DNA of 64,000 nucleotides, from positions 32,001 through 96,000 of the IMG/VR virus record IMGVR_UViG_3300044835_000040; one strand, given 5' to 3'. The translations under genes and the position numbers were made by a program. The DNA is from a virus. Of the stretch, positions 33,604-44,750 are shown one piece after another. The first letter of the stretch is position 1, and every line of letters starts with the position of its first letter. Under the pieces are notes generated by a model, which was not told the DNA's origin, did no database searches, and was given only the letters and a program-made list of their open reading frames with translations.

Positions 33604-36600
33604 ATGGCCGCGAGCGTTGTCGGCAGTTTCGAGATCATCGACAAAGCGTCGCGGCCGATCAAAGGCATCCGTGACGCGGCGATCGAGGCGGATCTCGCGG
33701 TCAAAGATCTCGGGCGGTCGCTCGACAAGGTAGGCACGCAGAAACAGCTGTCGATGATGTCGAACACGGGGGAGAAGATCCGTCGTCTCGCGACCGATGC
33801 TGATCAGGCGGCGGAATCCTCCGATCACGTGGCGCGGAACCTGGAGCGCGTCGGCGCGCCGCAGCTGGCGAACAACCTGAACACGACGAACCGGTCGATC
33901 GCGAACACGTCCAGTGCCGCGAAAACGGCTGAGCGTGACGTGGGCGACATGAGCGATCGGGTCGACGTGCTCGGCAAACGCAGCGAGAAGGCGGCCGGTG
34001 GGCTGCGTGGTCTGAGCGCCACGCTGCCGGGGCTGAAAGCGGCGCTGGTCGCGACGCTGGTGCCGCTGGTCGGCTTCGCTGCGCAGGGCATCGGCTCGCT
34101 GCTCGCGGGCGTTACGTCGCTGCTGCCGAAGCTGACGGATCTGACGGGGATGTTCGGTCCGATGGGGGTCGCCTTCACCGGCATGGGCGTGGCGATGATC
34201 ACGACGAAGCTGGCCTTCAACGATCTCGCCAAGGCGATGAACGGCAACAAGAAAGCCCTGGAAGAATTGACGCCGCAGGGCAAGGCGTTCCTCGCGACGC
34301 TGAAGCTGTACAAGCCGGTGCTGCAGGAGATCCGCAGCTCGGCGCAGGAAGGGCTATTCCCCGGCTTGAACGTCGCGGTCCGTCAGCTCGCGAGCGCGCA
34401 GCCGGTGCTGAGTCAGATCGTGAAGGGGATGGGCAGTACCCTCGGTGGCTTCGCTGCGAACGCGAGCAAACAGTTCACCGGGACGGGCTTCTTGACGGAC
34501 TTCCAGGCGATCACCGAAGGCGGCCAGCGGACGGTCGGGCGCTTCGGCGAAGCTCTGCTGCATCTCGCCAACGTCGCCCGGAACTTCCTGACGGCGGCGC
34601 TGCCGTTCACGGACTGGCTGACGCACACGCTGGTCCACTTCAGCGTGCTGGCCGAACGGTCGAGCACGGCCGCGCGGGAGACGGGTCGCCTCGGCGAAAT
34701 GTTCCAGCGGACGCAGAGCGCGCTGACGACCTTCGGCGGGATCCTGAAGAACGTCTTCGACATCGTGAAAGCGGTCGGGCACGCGTCTCGCTCGATGGGC
34801 GAAGGGCTGTGGGAAAGCATCGATCGGACGACGAAGAAGTGGGCTGACTTCCTGTCGGGCGGGCAGGGCCAGAATGACATGGTGAGCTACTTCACGCGGA
34901 TGCAGCCGGTGCTGCACTCGGTCGGCAAATTCTTCGGGGATCTCGTCAAGGGCCTTGGCGAACTGGCAGGCGGGACCGGTGCGCAGGCGGCCTTCCGTCA
35001 GCTCGATGAAGCGATCCCGTCGCTCGTCAAAGGCATCAGCACTCTGACCGAAGCCTTCGGTCCGTCGGTGATCTTGGCGTTCTCCGAAGCGGTGAAGCTG
35101 ATCGGCACGCTGGCGTCGGACAGCGGTCCCGTCGGCGGCATGTTGCACCTGTTCGCTGGCGTGCTGCAGACGGTGAACAGCCTGATCAAACAGATCCCGG
35201 CGCTTGGCATCTTGATGAGCACCGCGCTCGCGGCGTTTGGTACGGCGGCGATCCTCGGGCGGATCACGGGGATGGAGAACGCGGTCGGCAAACTGGCCCG
35301 CTCGTGGTTCGGCGTGACCGGCGCGGCGAACGAGGCGGCTGCGGCCGAGTCGCGCGCGGCAGGCGTCGGTGTCTCTGGTGGCGTGGCTGCAGCGCGGGGT
35401 CGTTACCCGGCGGCGCCCGCGGCCGGGTATTCGCGTGCGGCGACGGCAGCTGAGTCGGGGAGCCAGAATAGCTTCGCGGGTCTGATGATGACGGGCGCGG
35501 CGGGCGGCGCGGCGTTGAAACAGCGTGCGGGGTCGCTGATCAAGGGGCTCCCGTCGGCGGCTCTCGGCGGGCTGGCCGCGGGCGCTGAGTTCCTTGCGCC
35601 GCTGATGGTGCTGCAGGGGATCTTCGGCGCGGTCGGTGGGCAGGGCGGCGTCGGCGAACGGGCGGCGTCGGGGCTGAATGCGGGGACGTTCGGGCTCTCG
35701 GGGCTGCTGGGAGGTCCGTTCGTGCCGCACCCGGACATCGGGGGAGGAGCCGCGGCGGAACGGTCACAGGCGGCGTTCATGCGGTCGTTCGCGACGGGTC
35801 GGGGATCGTCGGTCAACCTCGGTGGCGGGATGCCGACCTTCGAGCTGGCAGGCGCGAAGCGGCCGGGCTTCAACGCAGTCACTGGCGCGTTCACCGGGCA
35901 GGGCGTGACGGGCCGGATCGCTCAGAATCAGATCTCGTCGCTACGCACGGAATCTCACGCCAACGAACAGGCGCTGCAGGGCAAGTTCGGGCATCAGAGC
36001 ACGACCGAACAGGGCTTCACGCGGGGGCAGCTCTCCGCGGAGATCACGGCGCTGCACGACTACGAAGGGTATGTGCAGTCAGCCATCGCGAAGGCGCGCA
36101 CGCACGGCACCGAACTGGCTCAGGGCTTCGGCACGGCGTACAGCATCTACGAACGGAGCTATGGCCCGCAGAAGGCGTTCGCGAAGACGAGTAGCGAAGT
36201 GCTGGGCTCGATGAAGCATCTCGGCCCGCAGGGCAAACAGGCCCTCGGGGCGGGGGTGCTGAGCTGGGCGAAGGAACTGGAGGCGCGCGAACCGGCGCTG
36301 CGCAAGCCGATCGAAGCGTGGATCAAATCGGTCGAACACGGCATGGACGGCATGGGCCAGCACGTGCGGATCGTCAACGGCGAAATCTTCTCGAACACGA
36401 ACAGCAAATGGCCTGAAATCGCGAAGGCGATCGAAGGCCCGGCAGCGCACGCTGAATACGTGACGCGGGGGATCTTCTCCCGGATCTTCCAGGACGCGGT
36501 GGCGCAGCTCGAAGCCCTCGGCTACAGCAAAACGTCGGCGACGGCGCTGATCAAAGGCGTCGAGCATGGTGAAGTCAAGGCGAACGAAATCTCCAACGCG

Positions 36601-38082
36601 AACAGCCTCGCGCGCAACAACACTCTGAGTAACAACGCGACGAACCATCGTGGCGCGAAAAAACACGCTGGCGGTGGGCGCATCGGCGGGCACGGCCTGC
36701 AGGACTCGGTGCCGCTGCAGTTCGGGATGGCGGCGCCGGGGGAGCTGGTCGTCAACCGTCACCAGGAGCGGCTGGTCAACGGACTCCTGCACCGCTTCGG
36801 TACGAGCCTCGGGCAGGTCGTCTCCTCGCACCCGTGGCCGCACAACGCGGGCTTCGCCTCTGGCGGATTCGTACCGAGCATGGCCTACCCCGGCGCACAG
36901 GGCAGGATCGACCAGGGCGTCGACTACGGCGCGGCTGGTCCGGTCCGGGCGATCCTGCCGGGCACAGTCCATTCGGTCGGCCTGTGGCCGGGCTGGCCGG
37001 GCACGGGCGGCCTGACGTACTCGACGGGTCGCGGCGGCGTGTACGTGATGGAGGACTTCGCTCCAGGGGCCGGGATGCGGCCGGGTATGCACGTCAATGC
37101 AGGGCAGGTCATCGGCGCGGCGACGGGCGGCTCGTCTGGTATCGAGACCGGTTGGACCAACTCCAGCTTCTCGGGGCCGATCGTGCGCTACGGCAGCGCA
37201 GCCGACGGTACGCCCATGTCGGGTGGCAAGAACTTCGCGCGGTTCCTCGGTGGCGGACCGGGCGGTGGCGTGGCGGGAAGCACCGCGCTCGGGGCTGGCG
37301 TGATGGCGCAGATCAAACTGGCGCGCCAGAAAGCGACGGGCGGGATCCCGTCGGCGCTCGCGACAGCGGCGTACAACTCGATCGCGCTCGGTGCGGAAAA
37401 ACGGATCAACTCGAAGATCGGCGCGGCTGGCGGCACGGGGATCGGGGGGCTGCCGGGCTCGACATCGCCGGGCGGCTCGCACGCGGCGAACGAAGCGCTC
37501 GGCCGCCAGATGATGCTCGCAGCGGGCTGGCCCGCGTCGCAGTGGCCGTCGCTGCAGAAACTGTGGACGCAGGAGTCGGGCTGGGACGCGAACAGCGTCA
37601 ACTCCAGCTCGGGCGCGTACGGGATCCCGCAGTCGCTCGGGCACGGCAACCCGTTCCCGCTCGGTGTCGCTGGCCCGCAGATCCAGTGGGGTCTGAACTA
37701 CATCAAGGAACGCTACGGCTCACCGTCGGGGGCGTGGGCGCATGAGGTCTCGAACAACTGGTACGGCGCGGGCGGGCGGATCCCGTCGTGGGGCGGCTGG
37801 AACAAGATGGGCGGCTCGGGCGTCTTCAACAAACCGACGCTGATCGGCGTCGGGGACGGTCACGGCGCGGAGAAAGTCTCGATCACGCCGCACACGCAGG
37901 CCGCTGGCCGCGGCGGGCGCGGCGGGACGGGCGGCGTGCAGGTGGTGTTCCAGCCGGGGTCGATCATCGTGCAGGGTGCTGATGAGAAAGCGGCGCAGGA
38001 ACTGGTCGACAAGGTGATGCACAAGCTGGCCGGTGAGCTGGAGAACATGGACATGGAGTCGGAAGGATCGATTAGCCAATGA
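33604..38082 (+). CDS. Tape measure protein with M23-like and lytic transglycosylase domains
   Basis: 1492 aa helical Ala/Gly-rich; RIDQGVDY; LWTQESGW...SSGAYGIPQ...YIKERYGSP. Confidence 0.9.
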   Translation: MAASVVGSFEIIDKASRPIKGIRDAAIEADLAVKDLGRSLDKVGTQKQLSMMSNTGEKIRRLATDADQAAESSDHVARNLERVGAPQLANNLNTTNRSIANTSSAAKTAERDVGDMSDRVDVLGKRSEKAAGGLRGLSATLPGLKAALVATLVPLVGFAAQGIGSLLAGVTSLLPKLTDLTGMFGPMGVAFTGMGVAMITTKLAFNDLAKAMNGNKKALEELTPQGKAFLATLKLYKPVLQEIRSSAQEGLFPGLNVAVRQLASAQPVLSQIVKGMGSTLGGFAANASKQFTGTGFLTDFQAITEGGQRTVGRFGEALLHLANVARNFLTAALPFTDWLTHTLVHFSVLAERSSTAARETGRLGEMFQRTQSALTTFGGILKNVFDIVKAVGHASRSMGEGLWESIDRTTKKWADFLSGGQGQNDMVSYFTRMQPVLHSVGKFFGDLVKGLGELAGGTGAQAAFRQLDEAIPSLVKGISTLTEAFGPSVILAFSEAVKLIGTLASDSGPVGGMLHLFAGVLQTVNSLIKQIPALGILMSTALAAFGTAAILGRITGMENAVGKLARSWFGVTGAANEAAAAESRAAGVGVSGGVAAARGRYPAAPAAGYSRAATAAESGSQNSFAGLMMTGAAGGAALKQRAGSLIKGLPSAALGGLAAGAEFLAPLMVLQGIFGAVGGQGGVGERAASGLNAGTFGLSGLLGGPFVPHPDIGGGAAAERSQAAFMRSFATGRGSSVNLGGGMPTFELAGAKRPGFNAVTGAFTGQGVTGRIAQNQISSLRTESHANEQALQGKFGHQSTTEQGFTRGQLSAEITALHDYEGYVQSAIAKARTHGTELAQGFGTAYSIYERSYGPQKAFAKTSSEVLGSMKHLGPQGKQALGAGVLSWAKELEAREPALRKPIEAWIKSVEHGMDGMGQHVRIVNGEIFSNTNSKWPEIAKAIEGPAAHAEYVTRGIFSRIFQDAVAQLEALGYSKTSATALIKGVEHGEVKANEISNANSLARNNTLSNNATNHRGAKKHAGGGRIGGHGLQDSVPLQFGMAAPGELVVNRHQERLVNGLLHRFGTSLGQVVSSHPWPHNAGFASGGFVPSMAYPGAQGRIDQGVDYGAAGPVRAILPGTVHSVGLWPGWPGTGGLTYSTGRGGVYVMEDFAPGAGMRPGMHVNAGQVIGAATGGSSGIETGWTNSSFSGPIVRYGSAADGTPMSGGKNFARFLGGGPGGGVAGSTALGAGVMAQIKLARQKATGGIPSALATAAYNSIALGAEKRINSKIGAAGGTGIGGLPGSTSPGGSHAANEALGRQMMLAAGWPASQWPSLQKLWTQESGWDANSVNSSSGAYGIPQSLGHGNPFPLGVAGPQIQWGLNYIKERYGSPSGAWAHEVSNNWYGAGGRIPSWGGWNKMGGSGVFNKPTLIGVGDGHGAEKVSITPHTQAAGRGGRGGTGGVQVVFQPGSIIVQGADEKAAQELVDKVMHKLAGELENMDMESEGSISQ

Positions 38083-38963
38083 CGATTACCGTTGGACCAG
38101 GGCATCCATCTTCGGGCGGCGCTGTGGGCGCTGACACTCGTGCGTCGCAGGCGTCGGCGGTCGCGAAGCCGACGACGATCTTCAAGCGCTCGGACACGCC
38201 GTTCCTGGGCGGCGGCACCGAAGTGATGATCTCGCTGGAGCCGGGCTACACGAAGTCGGGCTGGCTGGGCGTGCCGTTCCGCTTTCAGTTCCCGCCGCTC
38301 GACAAATGGGACAAGACCCGCTCCGCGAGCTGGCCGGGCTTCATGGTGGTCGGCGGTGCGAAGGGTCCTCGCGAACGAGCGCGCCACGAAGGCCCGAAGC
38401 TGCAGACGGTCACGTTCAAGGCGATGTTCTTGAACTGGGAGCCGGGCTTCGAGGTGTGGGCGCCTGACGAACTGGAGCCGCAGCTGGCGGCCGCGGAACT
38501 GGAAGCTCTGTGCCAGGAAGGCGTGAAGTTCCGGCTGCGGATTCGCAACGCCGAACTGTACGACTACGACGACGTGAACATGATCGCGGTGATCACGCAG
38601 GCGGACGTGAGCGAGGAAGCGGGCGAGCCAGACACTCGCTACATGCAGCTCGCCTTCCAGGAATGGGAGCCGTCGGCGCAGGAATCGAAGTCGGTGAAGC
38701 AGGCGCTCGGGCCGTGGACGTTCAAGCCGGTGAAGGGCGGCAGCGAGAACCTGTACGGGCTGAGCAAGAAGTACTACAAAACGACGGCGCTGTGGCGGCT
38801 GATCGTTGCTGCGAACCCGTCGCTGAAGAACGTGCCGCCGTCGTCGACGGCGCTGTACAACTCGACGGGGGGGCACTCGATCAAGATCCCGCCGAAGCCG
38901 ACGCCGGGCGACACGACGGGTGCTGCTGCCGGTGAACCGCAGACGACGGTGATCACTCTCTGA
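38079..38963 (+). CDS. Tail tube initiator / LysM-like baseplate protein
   Basis: Post-TMP position; NLYGLSKKYY...WRLIVAANP...IKIP. Confidence 0.7.
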   Translation: MTITVGPGHPSSGGAVGADTRASQASAVAKPTTIFKRSDTPFLGGGTEVMISLEPGYTKSGWLGVPFRFQFPPLDKWDKTRSASWPGFMVVGGAKGPRERARHEGPKLQTVTFKAMFLNWEPGFEVWAPDELEPQLAAAELEALCQEGVKFRLRIRNAELYDYDDVNMIAVITQADVSEEAGEPDTRYMQLAFQEWEPSAQESKSVKQALGPWTFKPVKGGSENLYGLSKKYYKTTALWRLIVAANPSLKNVPPSSTALYNSTGGHSIKIPPKPTPGDTTGAAAGEPQTTVITL

Positions 38964-40216
38964 TGGCGTCCGCGCAGGCCACTCGCCGCTCTGAGCCGCC
39001 GCCCGTGACGAAGCCGGGCGCGGCGCCGCTGATCATGGGCGATGAGCGCTTCTCGGTCGGGCTGAAACCGCTGAAGGCGGGTCCGCTGACGGGGATCGAC
39101 GACTCGGTGACGGACTTCTCCTGGGAAGACCAGAACGCTGAAATGACCGGCAGTCTCGCGATCACGGATCCGACGGGCTCGCTGCGTGTAATACAGGGCC
39201 AGCAGATTGTCTGCTCGTGGACGCCGACGCCGGGTGGAGCGATGGACGAACTGTGGACGCTGCGCGCTGACTCACCGGAAATCGGCCGTCAGCAGCAGAC
39301 GCTCTCGATCGCGTTGCTGAGTGGTCTCGCGCAGGCGAACAAGGGCACCGACAACTACAGCTTCAAGAAGGGCAAGCGCAAGCCGCACGGCTGGACATGC
39401 GATGAAATCGGTCGGGAGGTCGAGAAGCGGACGCACATCCCGATCGGCAAGCTCGCGAAGGGCAGCCACCGGATCGTCAACCTCGTGAAGCACGCGGCGA
39501 AACCGCTGGATGTGATCGTCGCCGCGTATCAGGCTGAGCGTCGCGCGACCGGGCGCCTGTTCTTCGTCTACTGGGACGGCAAGCTGAACATCGTGCCGTT
39601 GTCCCCGTCGGGGCAGCTATTGCGGTTCGCTGGGGAGATCATCGACGCGAACCTGAAGGAGGCGATGCGCGCGGACTTCGCGACAGCGATCACTGTGCGC
39701 GCGACGACGAAGGGCAAGGAACGGGTCAACAAAGCGGGCCACAAAGTGAAAGTGGCTCGGTCGAGCAAGAAGATCCACGTGACGGTGCAGAGCGCCGCTG
39801 GGATCCGCCAGTACGGCTACGTGCACCGCGAAGTCAAAGCGCCCGACGTGCAGACGGTGGCGCAGGCGAGGGCCTACGGGCTGAAGCAGCTGGCGAAGGT
39901 CGTCAATCCTGAACGGACATTCACGGTGACGGTGCCGATCATGCCGACGTTGCGCCGCGGGATGGCTTTCAACGTCAACTGGGAGTCGCAGGGCCTGACG
40001 CAGACTTGCTATGTCGCTGGCCTGTCGCATTCGGTGGCGCCGTCGAGCGCGACGACGGCGGTCACGGCGACGTTCACGAACCCGTTCAAGGACTCCAAAG
40101 CTGCGGCGGACGCGAAGGCACGGGCGACGACAGCGAAGGCGCGCGGCCGGACGGGCGGCACCGAAGCGCCCGCGACGACCGGCGGTAGCAGCGCTCAGGC
40201 GCAGAGGAGGTACTGA
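38963..40216 (+). CDS. Baseplate hub protein (XkdQ-like)
   Basis: Synteny; GIRQYG, YVAGLSHS. Confidence 0.7.
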   Translation: MASAQATRRSEPPPVTKPGAAPLIMGDERFSVGLKPLKAGPLTGIDDSVTDFSWEDQNAEMTGSLAITDPTGSLRVIQGQQIVCSWTPTPGGAMDELWTLRADSPEIGRQQQTLSIALLSGLAQANKGTDNYSFKKGKRKPHGWTCDEIGREVEKRTHIPIGKLAKGSHRIVNLVKHAAKPLDVIVAAYQAERRATGRLFFVYWDGKLNIVPLSPSGQLLRFAGEIIDANLKEAMRADFATAITVRATTKGKERVNKAGHKVKVARSSKKIHVTVQSAAGIRQYGYVHREVKAPDVQTVAQARAYGLKQLAKVVNPERTFTVTVPIMPTLRRGMAFNVNWESQGLTQTCYVAGLSHSVAPSSATTAVTATFTNPFKDSKAAADAKARATTAKARGRTGGTEAPATTGGSSAQAQRRY

Positions 40217-40872
40217 TGGGGCAGGAGGTCTTCAGTCGGGTGCTGGTCTCGAATGTGCAGCCGACGCGGCTGCTCGTCGGCAACGAGGATCGGAAGGTCG
40301 ACATCGTGGTGCTGAACACGAGCGCGTCGATCGTCGAAATCTTCGATCGTGCGCACGCCGCGGCGGGGGAAGGGTTCCCGCTGGCGCCCGGCGGCGAATA
40401 TCGCGCGACGGCGAAGGGGTCGCTGAAGCTGTGGGGCCTGTCGCTCGGCTCGAACGAAGTCGTCGTGGCCGTCAGCCGCACTGTGGTGGAACGCGTCGCG
40501 ATTGTCTGGGAATTCAAGGGGCCTGTGGAAGACATGATCATCGCGCGGTTGCCGTTTCCCGAAGCGCAGGATCAGCTCCGCGGCGCAGTGGAGTCGAAGT
40601 CCCGGACGCTCGCGAGCTGCGAATGGCATGGCGCGAACAGCAACCTCGGCGACCCGGAGCGCACGTCCTTCGCGATGGTCAACGAGAATGGTCCGCTGAC
40701 GGGGCTTGTCGGCGAGCGGATCGCGGTGAGCTTCGGTGCGCGGCAGGTCTTCGCGTACGTGCATCGCAGTGCAGCGCTGGACAGTGACCTGAGCGTGACG
40801 CGGCGTCTGTTCATGGCGCTCGCGCCGCTCTCGACTACCAGCTTGGATGTGACCGTCGGCGTGGTGCTGTAG
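40216..40872 (+). CDS. Hypothetical baseplate-region protein
   Basis: Coupled start; synteny. Confidence 0.6.
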   Translation: MGQEVFSRVLVSNVQPTRLLVGNEDRKVDIVVLNTSASIVEIFDRAHAAAGEGFPLAPGGEYRATAKGSLKLWGLSLGSNEVVVAVSRTVVERVAIVWEFKGPVEDMIIARLPFPEAQDQLRGAVESKSRTLASCEWHGANSNLGDPERTSFAMVNENGPLTGLVGERIAVSFGARQVFAYVHRSAALDSDLSVTRRLFMALAPLSTTSLDVTVGVVL

Positions 40873-42855
40873 ATGCCGGGCGGGGGCGAACGGCTGAAAG
40901 ACGCGGTGCGTAGCACGCTGGAGCGGTCCGCGAGGTATCACGCGGAGGGCCGCAGCTTCATCGCTGACATCCTCGCGCCGGGTCCTCCGGTGCTCGCCGA
41001 GATCCATGAGAGCAACATCGAACTGGAGGAGGGCGAGAACCTGCATCTGTCGCAGGCGGTCCGCCAGTACGACGCGGACTATGGCCTGGAAGCCGACGAC
41101 AACCTGCTCGTGGTCCACGTCGGTGAAGGCAACTTCCATGCGGATGCGGTGCTGAGCGACAACGATGTGGCGCCCCATGCCAAAGTCGGCGAAGCGGGCG
41201 GTGGCGCGACCGGCCCAGCGGGAGCGACGGGCGCGGCGGGCGCGACGGGCGCCGCAGGTGCGCCAGGCGGCGTAGGGGCCACCGGTCCGCAGGGTACGGA
41301 AGGGGCACAAGGCGCGACAGGTCCGGCTGGTGGAGCTGGCGCCACGGGAGTCAAAGGGGCGACAGGCACCGCGGGCGCGGCGGGTGCTACGGGTGCTCAG
41401 GGGGCATCGGGCGCGGCTGGTGGCGCCGGACCAACGGGGCCAACGGGTGCGACAGGACCAGTAGGCGCCACGGGTGCGGGGACGACAGGCGCGACGGGCT
41501 CGGCAGGCCCTGCTGGCGCCACGGGGCCAGCAGGAGCGACGGGAGCTGGCACGACGGGCGCGACTGGGCCGACGGGCGCCACCGGCACGGTCGGTGCGAC
41601 TGGTGCTGGCGCGGCGGGTGCCACTGGGTCGACCGGCGCGACAGGTGTCGGTGCGACTGGTGCCACGGGTCCGTCGGGGATCACGGAAGCCCTCCCGGCG
41701 GCGGGTGTGCCGTCGCTACAGCCGCAGCTACTCGCGTCGACGGTGCTGGGCGAGAACTTCCCTCTGTACCGGACGAACGGGAACACCGAACTGGCTCTGA
41801 CGAGCGGGCAGGCGGTGATCGTGCCGGGGCCGACGATTCAGGCAGGGAAGACCGTCTCCTCGGTCTCGCTGGTGCAGGCCGTGAAACCGACGACGCAAAC
41901 ACACGCGTGGGTCGCGATCCTGACGTTGACCGGCGAAGTGCTGGCAGTAAGCGCGGATGCAACCTCGACTCCGTGGACATCGACAGCGAACGCGGAGGCC
42001 AAGGTCGCGCTCGCTGCGAGCTGGACGCCTTCGGCCGAGACGGCGACGCTGGTGGCGATCATGTCGGCGGCGACGACCCCGCCGAAACTGCTCGGCGTCT
42101 CAGCGGCTGGCGTCGCCGCCGCGGCGTTCTCGCCGATCTACGCGGGGAACAGCCCGACGACCGGCTCGACGACGCCGCCTGCGGTCGGCGCGTCGATCGT
42201 GCTGCCGACAGCGGCGGGAACGGTCGTGCCGTATATCCGATTCAACTCGGAAGTCTTGGCTGCCCCGACCTACCGCGGTGAAGCGCTCGCGAACGCGACG
42301 GCAGTCACGTCGCTGACGGCTCCGACGCCGTTCGCGGGCACGACATCGACGGACATGCTGGTGATGGACGTGACGATCGAAGTGACGAGCGGGTCGCCGC
42401 CGACGGTGACCACGCCGTCGGGCTGGACCCTCGTCAATACGCGGCAGGCCGTCGGGGTGTTCGCTCGCTACACGTTCTGGAGGATCTACGAAGGCGCTGC
42501 GATGCCGAAAGTCGAAGCGAGCGCGTCCTGCGAAATCACGATCCGGCTGCACTCGATCGCGGGCGCCAAAACGGTCAACGCGCACAAAGGCTACGAAGAA
42601 CTTACGCCTACGTCGAGCGTCGTCACGGTCCCGTCGATCACCACGACCGTCGAAAACACACTGCTGCTGATGATGGTCGGCAATAACTTCGGCTTCTCGT
42701 GGACGACCCCGGCGGGTTGGGCTTCGCAGAACACGTCAGCGGAGATGCACCTGTTCTCGAAGACGCAGGCGACGGCGGGCGCGGTCGGCACCACGGCGGT
42801 CAAAGAGGCTGCGACCGCGCAGGTGGCTGCCGCGATCATGGCCGTCGCTCCGTGA
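40873..42855 (+). CDS. Spike-like N-terminus plus collagen-like fibre plus beta-rich head domains
   Basis: Position of baseplate spike; about 160 aa G-X-Y repeat; TTPSGWTL and TTPAGW domains. Confidence 0.75.
   Translation: MPGGGERLKDAVRSTLERSARYHAEGRSFIADILAPGPPVLAEIHESNIELEEGENLHLSQAVRQYDADYGLEADDNLLVVHVGEGNFHADAVLSDNDVAPHAKVGEAGGGATGPAGATGAAGATGAAGAPGGVGATGPQGTEGAQGATGPAGGAGATGVKGATGTAGAAGATGAQGASGAAGGAGPTGPTGATGPVGATGAGTTGATGSAGPAGATGPAGATGAGTTGATGPTGATGTVGATGAGAAGATGSTGATGVGATGATGPSGITEALPAAGVPSLQPQLLASTVLGENFPLYRTNGNTELALTSGQAVIVPGPTIQAGKTVSSVSLVQAVKPTTQTHAWVAILTLTGEVLAVSADATSTPWTSTANAEAKVALAASWTPSAETATLVAIMSAATTPPKLLGVSAAGVAAAAFSPIYAGNSPTTGSTTPPAVGASIVLPTAAGTVVPYIRFNSEVLAAPTYRGEALANATAVTSLTAPTPFAGTTSTDMLVMDVTIEVTSGSPPTVTTPSGWTLVNTRQAVGVFARYTFWRIYEGAAMPKVEASASCEITIRLHSIAGAKTVNAHKGYEELTPTSSVVTVPSITTTVENTLLLMMVGNNFGFSWTTPAGWASQNTSAEMHLFSKTQATAGAVGTTAVKEAATAQVAAAIMAVAP
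41200..41680 (+). repeat. Collagen-like GAT/GPA/GPT triplet repeat
   Basis: Repeated GGCGCGACG-type 9-mers encoding Gly-Ala-Thr and Gly-Pro-X. Confidence 0.9.
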
Positions 42856-42877
42856 TCTGTCGGGGCCGGGACGTAGG

Positions 42878-43162
42878 TTGACGGACGTGAAGCGAGGTCC
42901 GTACCGCAAACGTCCCGTCGCCGCCCGGTTCTGGAGCAAGGTCGACAGCTCTGGCGGCCCGGACGCCTGCTGGCCCTGGACGGCCCGCGTCGCTGAGATA
43001 GCTGCGAGGCAGCGAGGGAAGACGCACTGCCCGCGCGGGCACGCCTACGACGCGGAGAACACCTATGCCCCCCCGTCGCGCCCGACGGCCCGCTACTGCC
43101 GCCGCTGTGCGCGGGCGCGTAGGCGGCGACGGAAGGAGGAGGCGTCGTGCGCTTCCAGGTAG
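42878..43162 (+). pseudogene. HNH homing endonuclease remnant lacking the HNH core
   Basis: RFWSKVD...CWPWT joined almost directly to KTHCPRGH...RYCRRC. Confidence 0.6.
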
Positions 43163-44211
43163 TCGGATTGCCCCACACTGCGTGCTTGGACGAGTTCTCG
43201 TGGTGCGCCTACACCATGAAGGTAAAACGCTTTGCGACGATGATGACCGAGCGCGGGCACACGGTCTATCTCTACACGGCGCCGGAAAGCGATGCTGTCT
43301 GCCACGAGATCATCGGGGTGACGCCGCAGCCACCGGACGCTCGGGTGACCGAGCCGGAGTGGACTCAGCACTACTGGCGGATTATGAACGGCCGGACGAT
43401 CGCGGAGATGAGCGAGCGGATTGAGGAACGGGACATCATCTGCCTGATCGGCGGGCTGTGCCAGCAGCCGATCGCCGGGGCGTTCCCGTCGCATCAGTGC
43501 TGCGAGTTCGGCATCGGCTACTCGGGCACGTTCGCGCCTTACCGGGTGTTCGAGAGCTACGCGTGGATGCACGCTGTGTACGGCGAGCAGCAGCAGGCGA
43601 TGGCCGCCAACGGGATGTTCTACGACGCGGTGATCCCGAACTACTTCGACGTGGAGCAGTTTCCGCTCGGCGCGGGCGACGGCGGCTACCTGCTGTTCGT
43701 GGGTCGCATGATCCAACGCAAGGGGCTGGATGTCGCTGTCGAAGTCGCGAAGCGCACGGGCCTGCCGTTGAAGCTGGCCGGGCAGGGCGAGCCACCGGAG
43801 TACGGCGAGCATGTCGGCGTCGTCGGTCCGCGGGAGCGCGCGGAGCTGATGGGCGGCGCGGTGGCGTTGCTCGCGCCGACGCTGTACGTCGAGCCGTTCG
43901 GGGGTGTGGCGGTCGAGGCGCAGCTGTGCGGCACGCCGGTCCTGTCGACCGACTGGGGCGCGTTCACCGAGACGGTGCTGCCGGGCGTCTCGGGCTATAG
44001 GCCGAGCACGCTGGCCGAATGGGCTGATGCTGTCGAGCGGGTGCCGCATCTCGACCGTCGTGAGATCCGTGAGCGCGCGATCGGTCTCTACAGCACGGAG
44101 GTCGTCTCGGGGATGTATGAGGCGTACTTCGAGCGGCTGCAGGGTCTGTGGGGCGTTGGCTGGCCCGCTGAGAAGGGCGAGCTGGACGAGCTGCTGGCCG
44201 CAGTCCGCTAG
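43147..44211 (+). CDS. GT4-family (GT-B) glycosyltransferase
   Basis: VIPNYFD, YLLFVGRMIQRKG, EPFGGVAVEAQLCGTPVL. Confidence 0.9.
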   Translation: MRFQVVGLPHTACLDEFSWCAYTMKVKRFATMMTERGHTVYLYTAPESDAVCHEIIGVTPQPPDARVTEPEWTQHYWRIMNGRTIAEMSERIEERDIICLIGGLCQQPIAGAFPSHQCCEFGIGYSGTFAPYRVFESYAWMHAVYGEQQQAMAANGMFYDAVIPNYFDVEQFPLGAGDGGYLLFVGRMIQRKGLDVAVEVAKRTGLPLKLAGQGEPPEYGEHVGVVGPRERAELMGGAVALLAPTLYVEPFGGVAVEAQLCGTPVLSTDWGAFTETVLPGVSGYRPSTLAEWADAVERVPHLDRREIRERAIGLYSTEVVSGMYEAYFERLQGLWGVGWPAEKGELDELLAAVR

Positions 44212-44231
44212 AGCACCCGTGGGAAGATCGC

Positions 44232-44750
44232 GTGGTGGCTGAGAGTCAGACACCGGAACTGATCCCGCCGGTCCCCGCGCCTACGCCGGAAGGCTTCAGC
44301 CCGGACGCGGCGACGCTCCCGACGGTCGTGGTCAAAGACGCCTCGGCGCCGCCGCCGCTCGGGCGGACGTGGGCGTTCGATCTACGCAAGGGCGAATTCG
44401 TGCGCATCGGCTCGCAGGGGCCGCGTGCGATCTACGGTGCGATCACGCTGCTGCAGTGGATCGAGAAGTGCCTGCACACCGAACGCGGCGCGCTACCGAT
44501 CCATCCGCCGGGCTACGGCCTGGAGGACCCGCAGTCGATCTACGGCCGTCCGATCCGGGACCTGTCGAAGCAGGAGCTGCAGCGCAAGATCCAGGACGCG
44601 CTAACGTTCCATCCGAGGATCGCGGCGGTCGCGAACCTCCAGCTCGTGCGTCGTGAAGAGGCGGCGTTCTGCACGTTCCAGGTGCAGACCGATCCTCCGC
44701 TCGATGCTGAGCAGCTGCTGACGATTCGACTCGCGGTGGGGGCTGGCTGA
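44232..44750 (+). CDS. Baseplate wedge protein (gp25/XkdS-like)
   Basis: WAFD, QWIEKCLHTER, IQDALTFHPRI; start may be 44235. Confidence 0.8.
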   Translation: MVAESQTPELIPPVPAPTPEGFSPDAATLPTVVVKDASAPPPLGRTWAFDLRKGEFVRIGSQGPRAIYGAITLLQWIEKCLHTERGALPIHPPGYGLEDPQSIYGRPIRDLSKQELQRKIQDALTFHPRIAAVANLQLVRREEAAFCTFQVQTDPPLDAEQLLTIRLAVGAG

